DNA of 64,000 bases, from the NCBI GenBank assembly GCA_030704615.1, contig CM060731.1, positions 94,240,001-94,304,000 on the forward strand. The letters are read 5' to 3'. The DNA is from Takakia lepidozioides (taxonomy: Eukaryota; Plantae; Bryophyta). Positions within the stretch are counted from its first letter, which is position 1. Every line of letters begins with the position of its first letter. The notes beneath the pieces were generated by a model. That model had not been told where the DNA came from and searched no databases. It worked only from the letters and a program-made list of their open reading frames with translations. Shown piece by piece: positions 44,661-58,070 of the stretch. The position numbers and the translations under genes are program-made.

Positions 44661-47600
44661 ATGACTTTGTATGCATAAGCACCCCAATCTGTGATGAAAG
44701 CTGTCTTTCCATGGTCTTCTTCTGCCACTTGCACTTGGTTATATCCACTGAAGCCATCCATGAATGAGTACATCTCATGGCCTGCTACAGTGTCCAGTAC
44801 AGCTTCTGTGAATGGCAAAGGAAAGGGATTTTTCTTTGTACAAGCATTCAACTTCTTATAGTTCACACAAACTCTCAGTTTGCCATTCTTCTTGGGAACT
44901 ATCACAATGGGTGACAACCAAGCTGTATACTCTATCGGGTATATGAACTTAGCCTCAGCCAGCTTCTTGATCTCTTCCCCAACCTTCTGTGCATAGTTGG
45001 GATTCATCCTGTACCTAGCCTGTTTGATTGGCACTGACCCTGGTTCCAGTTCAATCTTATGCTGGCAAATCTCAGGGGGTATCCCTTTCAGATCCTCATA
45101 GCTCTATGCAAATACATCTTTGTATTTGATGAACAGACTCTTAGCTTCCTCAAAGAATTCTGGCTCCAAGTCAGCTCCCACTTTCACCATTCTTGGTTCC
45201 TCCTCAGTTCCCACATTCACTTCTCTCACCTGCTCTTCAGCTGTGATTGTCCATCCAGCCACTACTTCATCCTGTAAACTCACAGTGTCTGGTTCTTCTA
45301 AGATTTCCATTTCTCCCTCTCTTTCCTCATAGAAATGTGGTGGATAACTACTTGTTTCCCCTTCAATTGGTGTTGTTGTTACTGCACCACAGCAGATACC
45401 TTTAAAACAACTCAGGCCTCCTAGTTGCATTTCTGCAACCTGCTCCCACTCTGGGTGTGCAGCAAACAGAGTAGCTTCCTGCTCCTCATCAAGTCCTCCC
45501 CTCCAGTCATACTCTCTGACTCCACGAGGTCTTCTGGTAGCAGGTAGCCCGTTAGATTTCTTAGTGGTGACTTGTATCTTGTGCTTTCCATCATGCACAG
45601 TCAGTAATTGGGAATTCCAGTCATGGAATACCCTGGCCTGTTTCAGCCATGGTCGACCCAGCAATAAGGAGTAAGCTTCCATAATATCATCCATTTTCAA
45701 CACAGTCACTGCGATCTTAAAAATCATCTCCTGGATCTGTATCTTTACTCCTCTTATCAACCCTAAAGGCTGTACACTCCTTTGATCTGCCATTGTTACT
45801 GTGAATGGGGCTGGTTTCATACTACTCAAACCAAGCTTCTGCCTTAATTGGTCTGTCATGATATTCACTCCCGAGCCTCCATCTATCACTACATCAGTCA
45901 ACTCTGTGCTTCCAATTCTCAATTGGATTACTGGCATATAATCATCAAAGTCCATGACTGTTTCTCGCCCTTCTGGCTTCACATTATAGCTTGTCACCTT
46001 GCTGTTCAGGTCTGTGTTCTCTGTCACATGAGCAATCTGATTAATTGCTTGATACAGCCCGTGCCTGTAATGAGGTGCCACAGCCAATACCTGTCCAATG
46101 GTAATCTCAGCTTTGGTCTGGCATATTACTTCAGCCAATGTCCCTTCATTACCCTGCACTTGTGAATCCTCTTGCTTCACTTTCTCTTCACCTTCTTCAT
46201 CTTCTCTTTCAGAGTCAGAGGAATCTGCCATAGGGATATCAGTATCCTTCTGCATTTCCCTTATGGTATCAGCCACTTCCCTGTGCAGTTCCTTCTCATC
46301 TCTCCAAGCCTCATCATCTTCAGGCACATCACTGCCATCTTCATTATCATCTTCTTCCTCATCCCCTGGAGGTATTGGATCTGGTCACTATCATTGTACT
46401 TACTTCTGGTACCATACATGGCCTAACCATGTGAGCTACCACCACTGGGCCCTCATTTATAGGAGCTCTCATCTCATTCTGGTGTCTGATCCAGAATGGA
46501 TAGGCTGCTTTGCGATGTCCTGCCTGATTACAATAGTAACACAGTTCTTCACCATTGGATTCTCGCCCTTGGTCTGTTCTGGAATTATTTCTATAATCCT
46601 GATTCCCTGGCTGGTAATTCCTCCTTGGATTACCCTAATAATTGTCTCTGGGATTGCCTTGGTAATTCCCTCTTGGATTATCTCTCCCTGGCATACCATT
46701 GTTATATCCACCAGGCCTACCATAGTGGTCCTGATCATTGTTTCTTCTTGGCTGGGGCTGCACTTGATGCACCCTCACTTGCCTAGGTTATCTTACAGCT
46801 GTCCTTCTGTTGTAGTAACAATTCTCAGTAGAATGGTTATCCATTTTACAGATAGTACAGTGTTTCTCCTTCATGTGGCATTTAGCTGTGGTATGGCCTT
46901 CATTTTGGCATTTTGCACACCAAACACCCTTCTTCCAATGTGTTGCAGCCTCTGTGGCATACTTCTTCAAGATTTCTTCCAATCTTTTCTCATAGTTATC
47001 CCTCTTCAACTTTTCCTTTTTCTTGCTCTTCCTCTTGAGCTCTTGCTCTTGCTCCTCCTCTGACTCATCTTCAGAGTCCTCATCATCCCTTTTCTCTCTC
47101 CTGAGCATTCCCAATTGCTCAATTCTGTTGGCTGTTTCAAATGCCTCCTCCACTGTATTATGGGGTAGCATATCCACTTTCTTTTGTAATTCAGGTCTTA
47201 ATCCACTCACAAACCAGGTCTTTTGTAACCCTGGTGCTGGCACAACAGCCAACTTTTTCATCATCAACTCCATCTTTTCCATGTACTCCTCAACGTTTCA
47301 TGCTTCTTTTGCTTTACCTGTTGTAAACTTCCATACGCTTCATCCTCAGTTTTACTTGTCCTGAACCTGTTCCGGAGTGCTGTACTTAGGCCATCCCAGG
47401 TTAGGAAATGATTATCAGGGAATCTTGCATACCATTCACTTGCTTTCTTGATAAGTGAACAAGGAAACAGTCTCATCTTGGCATCATCGCCATTCTCATT
47501 GTTCACAATACACATGCTGATGTGTACATCATGATCCCCTTTTCTTGCATATATTGGAAAAGGTGGTTTTGCCCGTGTTGGAGGTACCGCCATCTGTGGC

Positions 47601-49410
47601 CCTACACCCTGCCCACTGACAGGTGCTGGTCCTCCTGCTGGTGCTGGTCCTTGAGTGTGAGAGGTCCAGATGATTCCCATATGTCTATTCCTCTCTCCCA
47701 AAGATATGGATAATTAGCTCTCAAATAACTTTATTTTTTTGCTGAATATCTGTGAAGTCTAGCTTCTCTTTCATCACTCTTGTCCCATGTCTTTCATATT
47801 TTTAATGAGGCAATAACCAAAACTCTCTCCTGTAGTATCTCTCGTATATGCCTGGATTTCTTTCAAGCTTCAATGCACCCTTAGCTATACTAGAAGTCTC
47901 CGTTACCATATAACCATATGGCAAGCACGTTTGGAAAGCTGTTCTTGGTGTAAGTTTGATCCACAGGATATCCTTAGGAATCCAATTCTTTACCAGTATC
48001 AATTCTTCATGCATATGAGTATAAACATTCACTTTCCGTTCCTCCCAGCCTTCAAACTCCACTCGTTTAATGGATAGCAACGCTATCACATAAACCAGTG
48101 TTGGTAACCAACTTGCTCTCCCTCTACATGCCACTTGATATATCTTTATCACTCTTTTCTCCAGACCCCACTCAAGATCAGCATCATGCACTCTCTTAAG
48201 AATGTTTTCTTTGCAACCGTCTGGCAATTCCAAGAATCTCTGAAAGAATTGCTTGGACAATCTTTCTTTCTCAGTTCCACAAGGAATTTGATTCACATCA
48301 AATTCTTTAATTCTCCATCCACCATGATCCGGTTGTTCTTGACCCAGTTCCCCAGTATGGTCGCCAAATGTCGAGCGGCTTTTACTCACCCATCCCTTCG
48401 CTATCCAAGGTGGAAACTCCAAGATAGAAGAGTTGGATATCTCTAAGCACTCAGCCCGCTCAGAACAATCAGTCATGACCTACAGCTAGTGTATCATGGT
48501 TGTGCTTCATGTTTGTATTTCTTCTTACCTTCATGTTAGCAATTTACCTTACTGTGTATACTTAAACATCAGTTTGCTTCAGTATCTATCAGGTTCCATT
48601 CACGCATCCATTCATTCCACAGCTTCACTCAAGTCTCTCTACACAGTGTGATTGTATCGAATAAGTATCGGATTAAGACTTATCATATATCAGGCCGAAG
48701 CCATGGTGTCCCTAGCCTGCACTACGGTATATCACTACAGCTTTGCATGTATCAAGCATCTACTGATCATCTCTCCTCCTTCACCGTGCTCTCCATCCTT
48801 GCTCTTGTTCCTGCTCTCCGCCTGATCTCCTCTCGTGAATGACCAAGAAGTGCTCCCTCAGAAGTGAGTCCCGAAAAAGTGTCCCCTCCATGTTGTTGCT
48901 CTGCCTAATCTATCTGCAAGCTGTTCTAACAGCCTAACTAACTAGCTGTCACCCAAGAAGTAAGCACGTTCCTTCCGCAGATATCGTTCCCACACAGTCG
49001 TTCCCTACCAGTGATAACCGTTCCCTATGTACGCTGTGACGGGCTGTGCCAAGCTGTGTCGGGCTGTGACTGGCTGTGTCGGACTGTGTCGGCTGTCACT
49101 GGCTGTGTAAAGCTGTGTCGGGTTGTGTCGGGCTGTGACTGGCTGTGTAAAGCTGTGTCGGGCTGTGTCGTACTGTGTCATGCTGTGACTGGCTGTGCGA
49201 AGCTGTGTCGAGCTGTGATAGACTGTGACTAACTGTGACAGACTATATAAGGCTGTGTCAGGCTGTGTATAGCTGTGACTGACTGTGCAACCTTGTGTAC
49301 CACCCCCTAAGCCTATGTTGGTCTAAGTCTACCATCGTAAGTTTGCGCAAAAATTAAGGGTACCCCACAGAACCTGTAAAATTGTCTAAGTCCCAGACAG
49401 CCCTCTAACA
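44661..49410 (-). mobile_element. G2 Gypsy 5' part: 5' LTR 48369-49410, PBS 48349-48366, extra ORF 47802-48476, gag (internal deletion), protease, partial RT
   Basis: LTR TGTTAGAGGG...CTCGACA; PBS TGGCGACCATACTGGGGA; VVIDGGSGVNIM; MDGFSGYNQ. Confidence 0.93.
47802..48476 (-). CDS. Extra 5' ORF of family G2, upstream of gag (unknown function)
   Basis: 224-aa open frame. The C-terminal 115 aa differ at only 3 positions from the copy at 30057-30407, despite several synonymous changes. Confidence 0.7.
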   Translation of the reverse strand: MTDCSERAECLEISNSSILEFPPWIAKGWVSKSRSTFGDHTGELGQEQPDHGGWRIKEFDVNQIPCGTEKERLSKQFFQRFLELPDGCKENILKRVHDADLEWGLEKRVIKIYQVACRGRASWLPTLVYVIALLSIKRVEFEGWEERKVNVYTHMHEELILVKNWIPKDILWIKLTPRTAFQTCLPYGYMVTETSSIAKGALKLERNPGIYERYYRREFWLLPH

Positions 49411-51559
49411 ACGTTACTTGGAAGCTGGGGGGGGGGGGGGTGGTATTGGTTGTTTCAGATATGGTGGTGAGGTTGGGGCAGCCTGGACTGGTGGTAGGGG
49501 AGTTGAGGTGTATGTGGTTTGAACAGTGGGCAGGTGATGCGGATTTAAATTATGGGGCCTCATGTAATACGAGGGTATAATTTTGTGCAGGTAAAGGTAA
49601 GAGAGAGCGTGTTGATTTGCCTCTTGTGGCATGGATACATATGCAGGGCATATGCATAAAATTGATTCGGGTGAAGAGAGCTGTTGAGTCCAAACAGCAT
49701 GGACATATGCGGAACATATGTTCCAATTTGAGTAGAATGTAGAAAATTGTTGGAATTGAGTGGCATTTGACACTACAAAGAATAGGTGTTTTTCACACCC
49801 GACTCGCGGTTGCGATTCTGTCCGAAACGACTGCATCTGGTACTTCAGGTTCTGAATGACGACTTGCCAGTCGTCGCAGGCAAATTGGGGCCACGGTGGC
49901 ATGGCGGATGAGGATCAGAAGTCGCCGAAACCACTGCGGGTTTGGAGCCGATTTATACGTGGATTTCCAAAAAATAGGATTTTTTTTTAATATTATGATA
50001 AATTGGAGTTGTTTTAACGACTGCGGGTTGGACCCCCGGGGACATTCTTATTAATTATAAACTATATGGTATTATTTCTTAAATATAATGACATGCGTCG
50101 ATTTTCTATAGAGTAAAGGAGACTATGCTTGGTAAATTGCGACGAGGGGGTGAGGTGGTTGAGAAAAAAAAAAATATGACACCTCCCGAAGGGAGCGTAA
50201 CTTATGGTGTCTCTTCACCACAAGGGCTACTGTCTTCCAGCTGAAAGGTGGACACCTTCATGACACACCAAACCGTGGTTTGAACCCACAACCACATCCA
50301 AAGTGGTATGTGCCCATTACCCACTAGAAGAAAAATGTGGAATAACCACTGGCCCTTTAACCACTACTGTCTTTTTCCACTCTATAAACCACTAGTAACC
50401 ATTTGCCAGTGGTTAATCCCAATGAAATGCCACGGTGGCATCACAGACAGTGGTTGGAAGTGGTTTCAACCACTCAGTAGTCCACGTGTAATAATTTGTT
50501 TTTATTTATTATTATTTATTTGCTAATACATTTTAATTAATAAATATAATATTCCACGTGGACGAGTGCAGTGGTACATCGTGAGTGGTTATAGACACCT
50601 CAGTGATGGGAAGTGGTTGAAACCACTTCCTACTCCACGTGTAATAATTCAAATTTTATTTGTGATTTATTATTTGGAAATATATTTTAGTTCATAAATA
50701 TAATATTCCACGTGGACGGGGACGGTGCACGTTGATCTTGAGTGGTTAAAGATACCTCATTGATTTGTACCACTTTGACAGTGGTGGAGAGTGGGTGGTG
50801 AAAGATACTGCAGTAATTGGAACCACTATGCTAGTGGTTGCTCATGAGTGGTTGCCTACACAACAGTGATTGGTACCACTTTTTGGGTGATACATGAAAA
50901 ACTTTAAGTGGTTTGTGCAGCTGTGACATACTTTGAAAAACAGACAAGTGGCCAGACCATTGTGGGATGATGCTATTGAACAAATGGTTCCAACAATAAA
51001 CTTTATTCTGAATCTGAAACATATTCGTCACCCTTTGAATCACTTTGCTCAACTGGAATAGCGGTTGGTTGCACAAATGCCGCTTAAATGGTAGTCAACA
51101 TAGCCAGGTCTTATTTATTTAGAGCAGTGGGACCATCTAATGACCTAGGTATTGGCTGATCTGATAAGGTAGACGTCGATTGGCACGCCACTCATCATCA
51201 CATGCCTCTCTGTCTGCTGTGAACTGTGCCTTCTCTGTTGCATACTTTTTGTCACAAAATGGCAACAAGAATGACACATGTTAGCAATGAAGTATTGCAT
51301 TACTTAGCAAAAAATACCTAGCATGAATGATACTTTGAAAACCACTGTTTCAAACCACTGGAGGAGTGAGCATAATGACTTCTAAATGAACATGCTCTTC
51401 CAACAAGTCACTCACTCAGACATTCCGTTACTATAACATTGGTTATAATCAGGATGAACCACTGACATTTGTGACTTTGTGGGTGGTTTGATTACACTGG
51501 TGACAGTCAGAATTGAAATTGAACTTGATATGAATAAGGTGCAATGAAAAGAAGTACTC

Positions 51560-51910
51560 ACTGCGCCCAATGAGCCATGACATTGGTATTGTTCAGCACA
51601 TGCAAATTTGTGCTGCATCTCTCCAAGCTCCAGTCATGTCCCGCTTTTTGCCGACATCTTCGAAGACCTCGTCCTCAACCCCTTCCTCCGCATTTGCATC
51701 CCAAGTCCGCTGTTGAGTTGCATCAAATGATTGCATATACTCAGTCATGAACCCCATGACCTCATCCAGAACATACCCTGCAGCCGTACTCCCTTCTGGC
51801 TTTGTGTAATTCCTAGCGTATCCCTTAAGATCTTTCATGTAACGCTCCATGGGATACATCCACCGTGAAGACACCGGATGAACAGTTTTGTTTATCTCTA
51901 TGGAATACAT
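51560..51910 (-). pseudogene. CACTA TnpD transposase fragment (DUF4218-like)
   Basis: PVSSRWMYPMERYMKDLKGYARNYTKPEGSTAAGYVLDEVMGFMTEY. Confidence 0.88.
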
Positions 51911-53179
51911 CTATGTGCTCACTTGTAACCACTAAAATGAATTTAAAAAAAAAATCAAAGTGCAAAAGATTTTAAAAAAGCACATCCGCTGGTAAGTGCA
52001 GAGTGTGTCGCCCTGGTGGTCCGGGGTTCAAACCCGCTGCATGACTCCCTGTGTGGGATTGTTTGTGACGACGATATGTCTGGGCGTTGATCCTCCTGTA
52101 GTCTCATAGCCCATAAATGAAAGGGGGTTAATTTTTCCCCCTCCTCAAGGGCCGAGGTTTTCCTTGAAAATTATTTTAAAACAAAAAACCAAAAAGTTGC
52201 TTTATAGGTTTGTAAAAGGTTAAAAAACTTAAAAAGTTGCCCATCACGTATGTAAAATATATACATACTTTTGGAAGAGATCTTCAAATGTGTGCATATA
52301 GCGTACTGGTAAGGGCTATAATTGCGTGGCGTGAGATCGCGGGCTCAAAACTCCTCGCGTTGTTTTTTTCCCCCTCATTCACTAAGCCCCACTAAGCCCT
52401 ATCGTTGCTGTGCACACTAAGTCCTCGTGCAGGTTAGTCTTAGCAGTCGCGTTTCAATCTCTGCTCGCTCAGAGCACCGTGGTGGTTCTCATGGACAATC
52501 CGACATTACCTGACTACAGACACAAGCAACACACACCAGAGGTCCGTTCGTGCAGGTTAGTCTTAGCAGGTCGCGTTTCAATCTCTGCTCTCGTCAGCCG
52601 CACCGTGGTGGTTCTCATGGACAATCCGACATTACCTGACTACAGACACACAACACACAACTGCACCAAGGTCCGTTTGGGTTCATGGTCTGTCAAATCC
52701 TCCATGGGTCATGACACAAGGTCGACGACAATGTGGTTAGGGCACCTTCTTCTTCGACCTATTTCAGCCTGTTTTGCCCTCCCATCAGACTCGTCCCTGA
52801 ATGTGCAGCACGGAGCAAAGCTCGCATGAGTTTTTACGATCCTTCATGATGGTGGGACACTCGCAATCGCAAGGTGTGGCTTTTTCTTAATGTAGGATGG
52901 GAAGAAGTTTGTCCATCCTGCAAATGTGGGCTTTTGGCTCCTGTTAGTACCATGATTTGGTATTCTTCCTGATTTTACAAGGTTCTTGGGAGAGTCAGCT
53001 TGGTCTTAGCAGGTCGTGTTTCAATCTCTGCTCGCTTAGCTGCACCATGGTGGTTCTCATGGACCAATGCGATATTTTTTTTTTTCCCCTCAAGCACTAA
53101 GCCCCACTAAGCCCTATCGCTGCTGCGCACTTAAGTCCTCGCTGATGTTTACAAGGTTCTTGGGAGAGTCAGCTTGGTC

Positions 53180-56100
53180 CAGGTATGCACGGCAGGGACG
53201 TGGGATGGAGGCTTTGGAGACCTATGAGCAAATGATGGGGGAAGCACATCGTGTTTGTGTGCATTTGCAATGCTTGTGCAAGCCTAGCAGCCCTGGAGAA
53301 GGGCAAGAGGTGCATGGGGATATCATCAAAGCTGGAATTGTGCCAAATGTCAATCTGAACACTGCCCTGGCAGCTTTGGAAAAGAGGAAGAGGTCCATGG
53401 GTCATCTTCAGAGCTGGAATTGTATCAAGTGTCATTCTGAACAATACCCTGGTGAACATGTTTGCAAAATGTGGGTGCATCTACGATGCAAAGGGAGTGT
53501 TTGACACTATGGCTGAACGAGATGTGGTGTTGTGGAGTGCGATGCTTGCAGGGTATGCACGGCAGGGACGTGGGATGGAGGCTTTGGAGAGCTATGAGCA
53601 GATGATGGGGGAAGCACATCATGTTTGTGTGTATTTGCAATGTGCGTGCAAGCCTGGCAGCCCTGGAGAAGGGCAAGAGGTGCATAGGGATATCATCAAA
53701 GCTGGAATTGTGCCAAATGTCAATCGAACACTGCCCTGGCAGCTTTGGAAATGGGGAAAGAGGTGCATGGCGACATCTTCAGAGCTGGAATTGTACCAGA
53801 TGACAATCTGAACAATACCCTGGTGGACATGTTTGCAAAATGTGGGTGCATCTAGGATGCAAAGGGAGTGTTCGACACCATGGCTGAACGACATGTGGTG
53901 TCGTGGAGTGCGATATGATGTGCTTGCAGGGTATGCACAGCAGGGATGTGGAATGGAGGCTTTGGAGAGCTATGAGCAAATGATGGGGGAAGCACATCAT
54001 GTTTGTGTGCATTTGCAATGCTTGTGCAAGCCTGGCAGCCGGCCTGGAGAAGGGCAAAGAGGTGCATGGGGATATCATCAAAGCTGGAATTGTACCAAAT
54101 GTTAGTCTGAACCATACCCTGGTGGACATGTATGCGAAATGTGGGTGCATCGAGCCTGGACGAGGGCAAAGAGGTGCATGGGGTATCATCAAAGCTGGAA
54201 TTGTACCAAATGTCATTATGAACACTGCCCAGGCAGCTCTGGAAAAAGGGGAAAGAGGTCCATGGCGACATCTTCAGAGCTGGAATTGTACCAAATGTCA
54301 TTCTGACCATACCCTGGTGGACATGTTTGCAAAATGTGGGTGCAAAGGGATCTAGGATCTAGGATGCAAAGGGATGTTCGACACTATGGCTGAACGAGAT
54401 GTGGTGTCGTGGAGTGCGATGCTGGTCCAGGGTATGCACGGCAGGGACGTGGGATGGAAGCTTTGGAGACCTATGAGCAAAGGATGGGGAAGCTCATCAT
54501 GTTTGTGTGCATTTGCAATGCTTGTGCAAGCCTGGCAGCCCTGGAGAAGGGCAAGAGGTGCATGGGGATATCATCAAAGCTGGAATTGTACCAAATGTGA
54601 ATCTGAACACTGCCCTGGCAGCTCTGGAAAAGGGGAAAGAGGTCCATGGTGACATCTTCAGAGCTGGAATTGTACCAAATGTTAGTTTGAACCATACCCT
54701 GGTGGACATGTATGCGAAATGTGGGTGCATCAAGCCTGGACGAGGGCAAAGAGGTGCATGGGGTATCATCAAAGCTGGAATTGTACCAAACGTCATTATG
54801 AACACTGCCCTGGCAGCTCTGGAAAAATGGGAAAGAGGTCCATGGCGACATCTTCAGAGCTGGAATTGTACCAAATGTCATTCTGAACCATACCCTGGTG
54901 GACATTTATGCAAAATGTGGGTGCATCGAGCCTAGACAAGGGCAAAGCGGTGCATGGGGTATCATCAAAGCTGGAATTGTACCAAATGTCATTATGAACA
55001 CTGCCCTGGCAGCTCTGGAAAAAGGGGAAAGAGGTCCATGGCGACATCTTCAGAGCTGGAATTGTACCAAATGTCATTCTGAACTATACCCTGGTGGACA
55101 TGTTTGCAAAATGTGGGTGCAAAGGGATCTAGGATCTAGGATGCAAAGGGAGTGTTCGACACCATGGCTGAACGACATGTGGTGTCGTGGAGTGCGATGC
55201 TGGTCCAGGGTATGCACGGCAGGGACGTGGGATGGAGGCTTTGGAGACCTATGAGCAAAGGATGGGGAAGCTCATCATGTTTGTGTGCATTTGCAATGCT
55301 TGTGCAAGCCTGGCAGCCGGCCTGGAGAAGGGCAAAGAGGTGCATGGGGATATCATCAAAGCTGGAATTGTACCAAATGTGAATCTGAACATTGCCTTGG
55401 CAGCTCTGGAAAAGGGGAAAGAGGTCCATGGCGACATCTTCAGAGCTGGAATTGTACCAAATGTTAGTCTGAACCATACCCTGGTGGACATGTATGCGAA
55501 ATGTGGGTGCATCGAGCCTGGACGAGGGCAAAGAGGTGCATGGGGTATCATCAAAGCTGGAATTGTACCAAACGTCATTATGAACACTGCCCTGGCAGCT
55601 CTGGAAAAATGGGAAAGAGGTCCATGGCGACATCTTCAGAGCTGGAATTGTACCAAATGTCATTCTGAACCATACCCTGGTGGACATTTATGCAAAATGT
55701 GGGTGCATCGAGCCTAGACAAGGGCAAAGCGGTGCATGGGGTATCATCAAAGCTGGAATTGTACCAAATGTCATTATGAACACTGCCCTGGAAGCTCTGG
55801 AAAAAGGGGAAAGAGATCCATGGCGACATCTTCAGAGCTGGAATTGTACCAAATGTCATTCAGAACTATACCCTGGTGGACATGTTTGCAAAATGTGGGT
55901 GCAAAGGGATCTAGGATCTAGGATGCAAAGGGAGTGTTCGACACTATGGCTGAACGAGATGTGGTGTCGTGGAGTGCGATGCTGGTCCAGGGTATGCACG
56001 GCAGGGACGTGGGATGGAGGCTTTGGAGACCTATGAGCAAAGGATGGGGAAGCTCATCATGTTTGTGTGCATTTGCAATGCTTGTGCAAGCCTGACAGCC

Positions 56101-58070
56101 GGCCTGGAGAAGGGCAAGAGGTGCATGGGGATATCATCAAAGCTGGAATTGTGCCAAATGTCAATCTAAACACTGCCCTGGCAGCTTAGGGGAAAGAGAT
56201 GCATGGCGACATCTTCAGAGTTATTATTGTACCAGATGTCATTCTGAACAAAACCCTGGTGAACATATTTGCAAAATGTGGGTGCATCTAGGATGCAAAG
56301 GGAGTGTCCAACACTATGGCTGAACGAGATGTGGTGTCGTGGAGTGCGATGCTGGTCCAGGGTATGCACGGCAGGGACGTGGGATGGAGGCTTTGGAGAC
56401 CTATGAGCAAAGGATGGGGAAGCTCATCATGTTTGTGTGCATTTGCAATGCTTGTGCAAGCCTGACAGCCGGCCTGGAGAAGGGCAAGAGGTGCATGGGG
56501 ATATCATCAAAGCTGGAATTGTGCCAAATGTCAATTTGAACACTGCCCTGGCAGCTTAGGGGAAAGAGGTGCATGGCGACATCTTCAGAGTTATTATTGT
56601 ACCAGATGTCATTCTGAACAAAACCCTGGTGAACATGTTTGCAAAATGTGGGTGCATCTAGGATGCAAAGGGAGTGTTCGACATTATGGCTGAACGAGAT
56701 GTGGTGTTGTGGAGTGCGATGCTTGCATGGTATGCATGGCAGGGACGTGGGATGGAGGCTTTGGAGAGCTATGAGCAAATGATGGGGGAAGCACATCATG
56801 TTTGTGTGCATTTGCAATGCTTGTGCAAGCCTGGCAGCTGGCCTGGAGAAGGGCAAGAGGTGCATGGGGATATCATCAAAGCTGGAATTGTGCCAAATGT
56901 CAATCTGAACACTGCCCTGGCAGCTTAGGGGAAAGAGGTCCATGGCAACATCTTCAGAGTTGGAATTGTACCAGATGTCATCCTGAACAAAACCCTGGTG
57001 AACATGTTTGCAAAATGTGGGTGCATCTAGGATGCAAAGGGAGTGTTCGACATTATGGCTGAACAAGATGTGGTGTCGTGGAGTGCGATGCTTGCATGGT
57101 ATGCACGGCAGGGACGTGGGATGGAGGCTTTGGAGAGCTATGAGCAAATGATGGGGGAAGGGGGGGCACGAGTGGGTAGATGGTCAACTGGAAACAACAA
57201 TGGCAGCAGCGCAATTGATAGAACAAGGCCCACTGCTAATGAAGGTACCTTCTTCAACATATTTTACCCTGAATTCCCCTACTATCAGAGTTGTCCCTAA
57301 GTATCAAAAAACAGGTAACAGATATGAGAAGAAGCTGTGGGATGAATACTTTTCTGACCCCAGTAACTGGTGGGACAACCGAGGCAAAAAGGTGAATGCC
57401 TGTCAGATTACAGAGTGTAGCAGATGCAATTGACCATAGGAACTAGTGTGATAAGTTGAGTTGGGTGCAATTGCTCTCTCCCTTTCCTCTCTGCTTCTGT
57501 TTGCTATTCAAAGGTAGGATTCCTGCCCTTAGTTTAAATTTCAGTCTGGTGCCGAGAGTGGGTAGATCCTTGAGGTCATCCATGATGTCCTCCCCCATGT
57601 CACAAATTGGAAACAAGTCCAGGGAAGTTTTATGCCTAACTTCATTTTCATCAGACAATTTTCTGGAAACGGACATGGCTTTGGACACTACAGCCTCTAA
57701 GTCAGTAGGGTTGGGGCATTTGCTGGAACAATTCTAAAAGGAGAATGTTTGTCAGATTACCAGATGTCATTCTGAACACTGCCCCTGCCTTGGTGGACAT
57801 GTATGCCAAATATGGTAGCATTGAGGATGCCAGGGGAGTGTTCAACACTATGGCTGAATGAGATGTGGTGTTGTGGAATGTGATGTTTGCAGAGTGTGCA
57901 GAGCAGGGGCGCTATATGGGGCTTTGGAGACCTGAAAGCAAATGATGGGGGAAGGGGTGAAGTTCGACCACATCATGTTTGTGTGCGTTTGCAGTGTGTG
58001 TGCAAGCATGGCAGCCCTGGAAAAGGGCATCGGAGGTGCATGGTTGCATCACCAAAGCTGAAAATGTACC
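53180..58070 (+). repeat. Tandem array of degenerate PLS-class PPR triplets (main block 53180-57165) with a ~780-bp higher-order repeat
   Basis: Same units as copy A. Matching ORFs at 54898/55680 and 54409/55187/55969 give 778-782-bp periods. Confidence 0.93.
57330..57391 (+). other. OSB-type PDF motif half (further copies at 58358-58408, 38742-38805, 3533-3568, 2843-2885)
   Basis: KLWDEYFSDPSNWWDNRGKK followed by a GT donor. Matches the LW..FF.NP.EWWDNR..K first half of the organellar SSB PDF motif. Confidence 0.7.

Noticed and set aside
36238-50335. The two CACTA termini as the ends of one element
   Set aside because: Both read CACTA on the + strand and have different flanks (TAG vs ACC). 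They are opposite ends of two inverted copies.
51985-52045. tRNA gene
   Set aside because: Only a T-loop/B-box-like motif is present; I could not fold a cloverleaf.
53180-58070. Functional PLS-PPR RNA-editing factor
   Set aside because: The units carry recurrent frameshifts and a TAG. There is no long ORF, targeting peptide or E/DYW domain.
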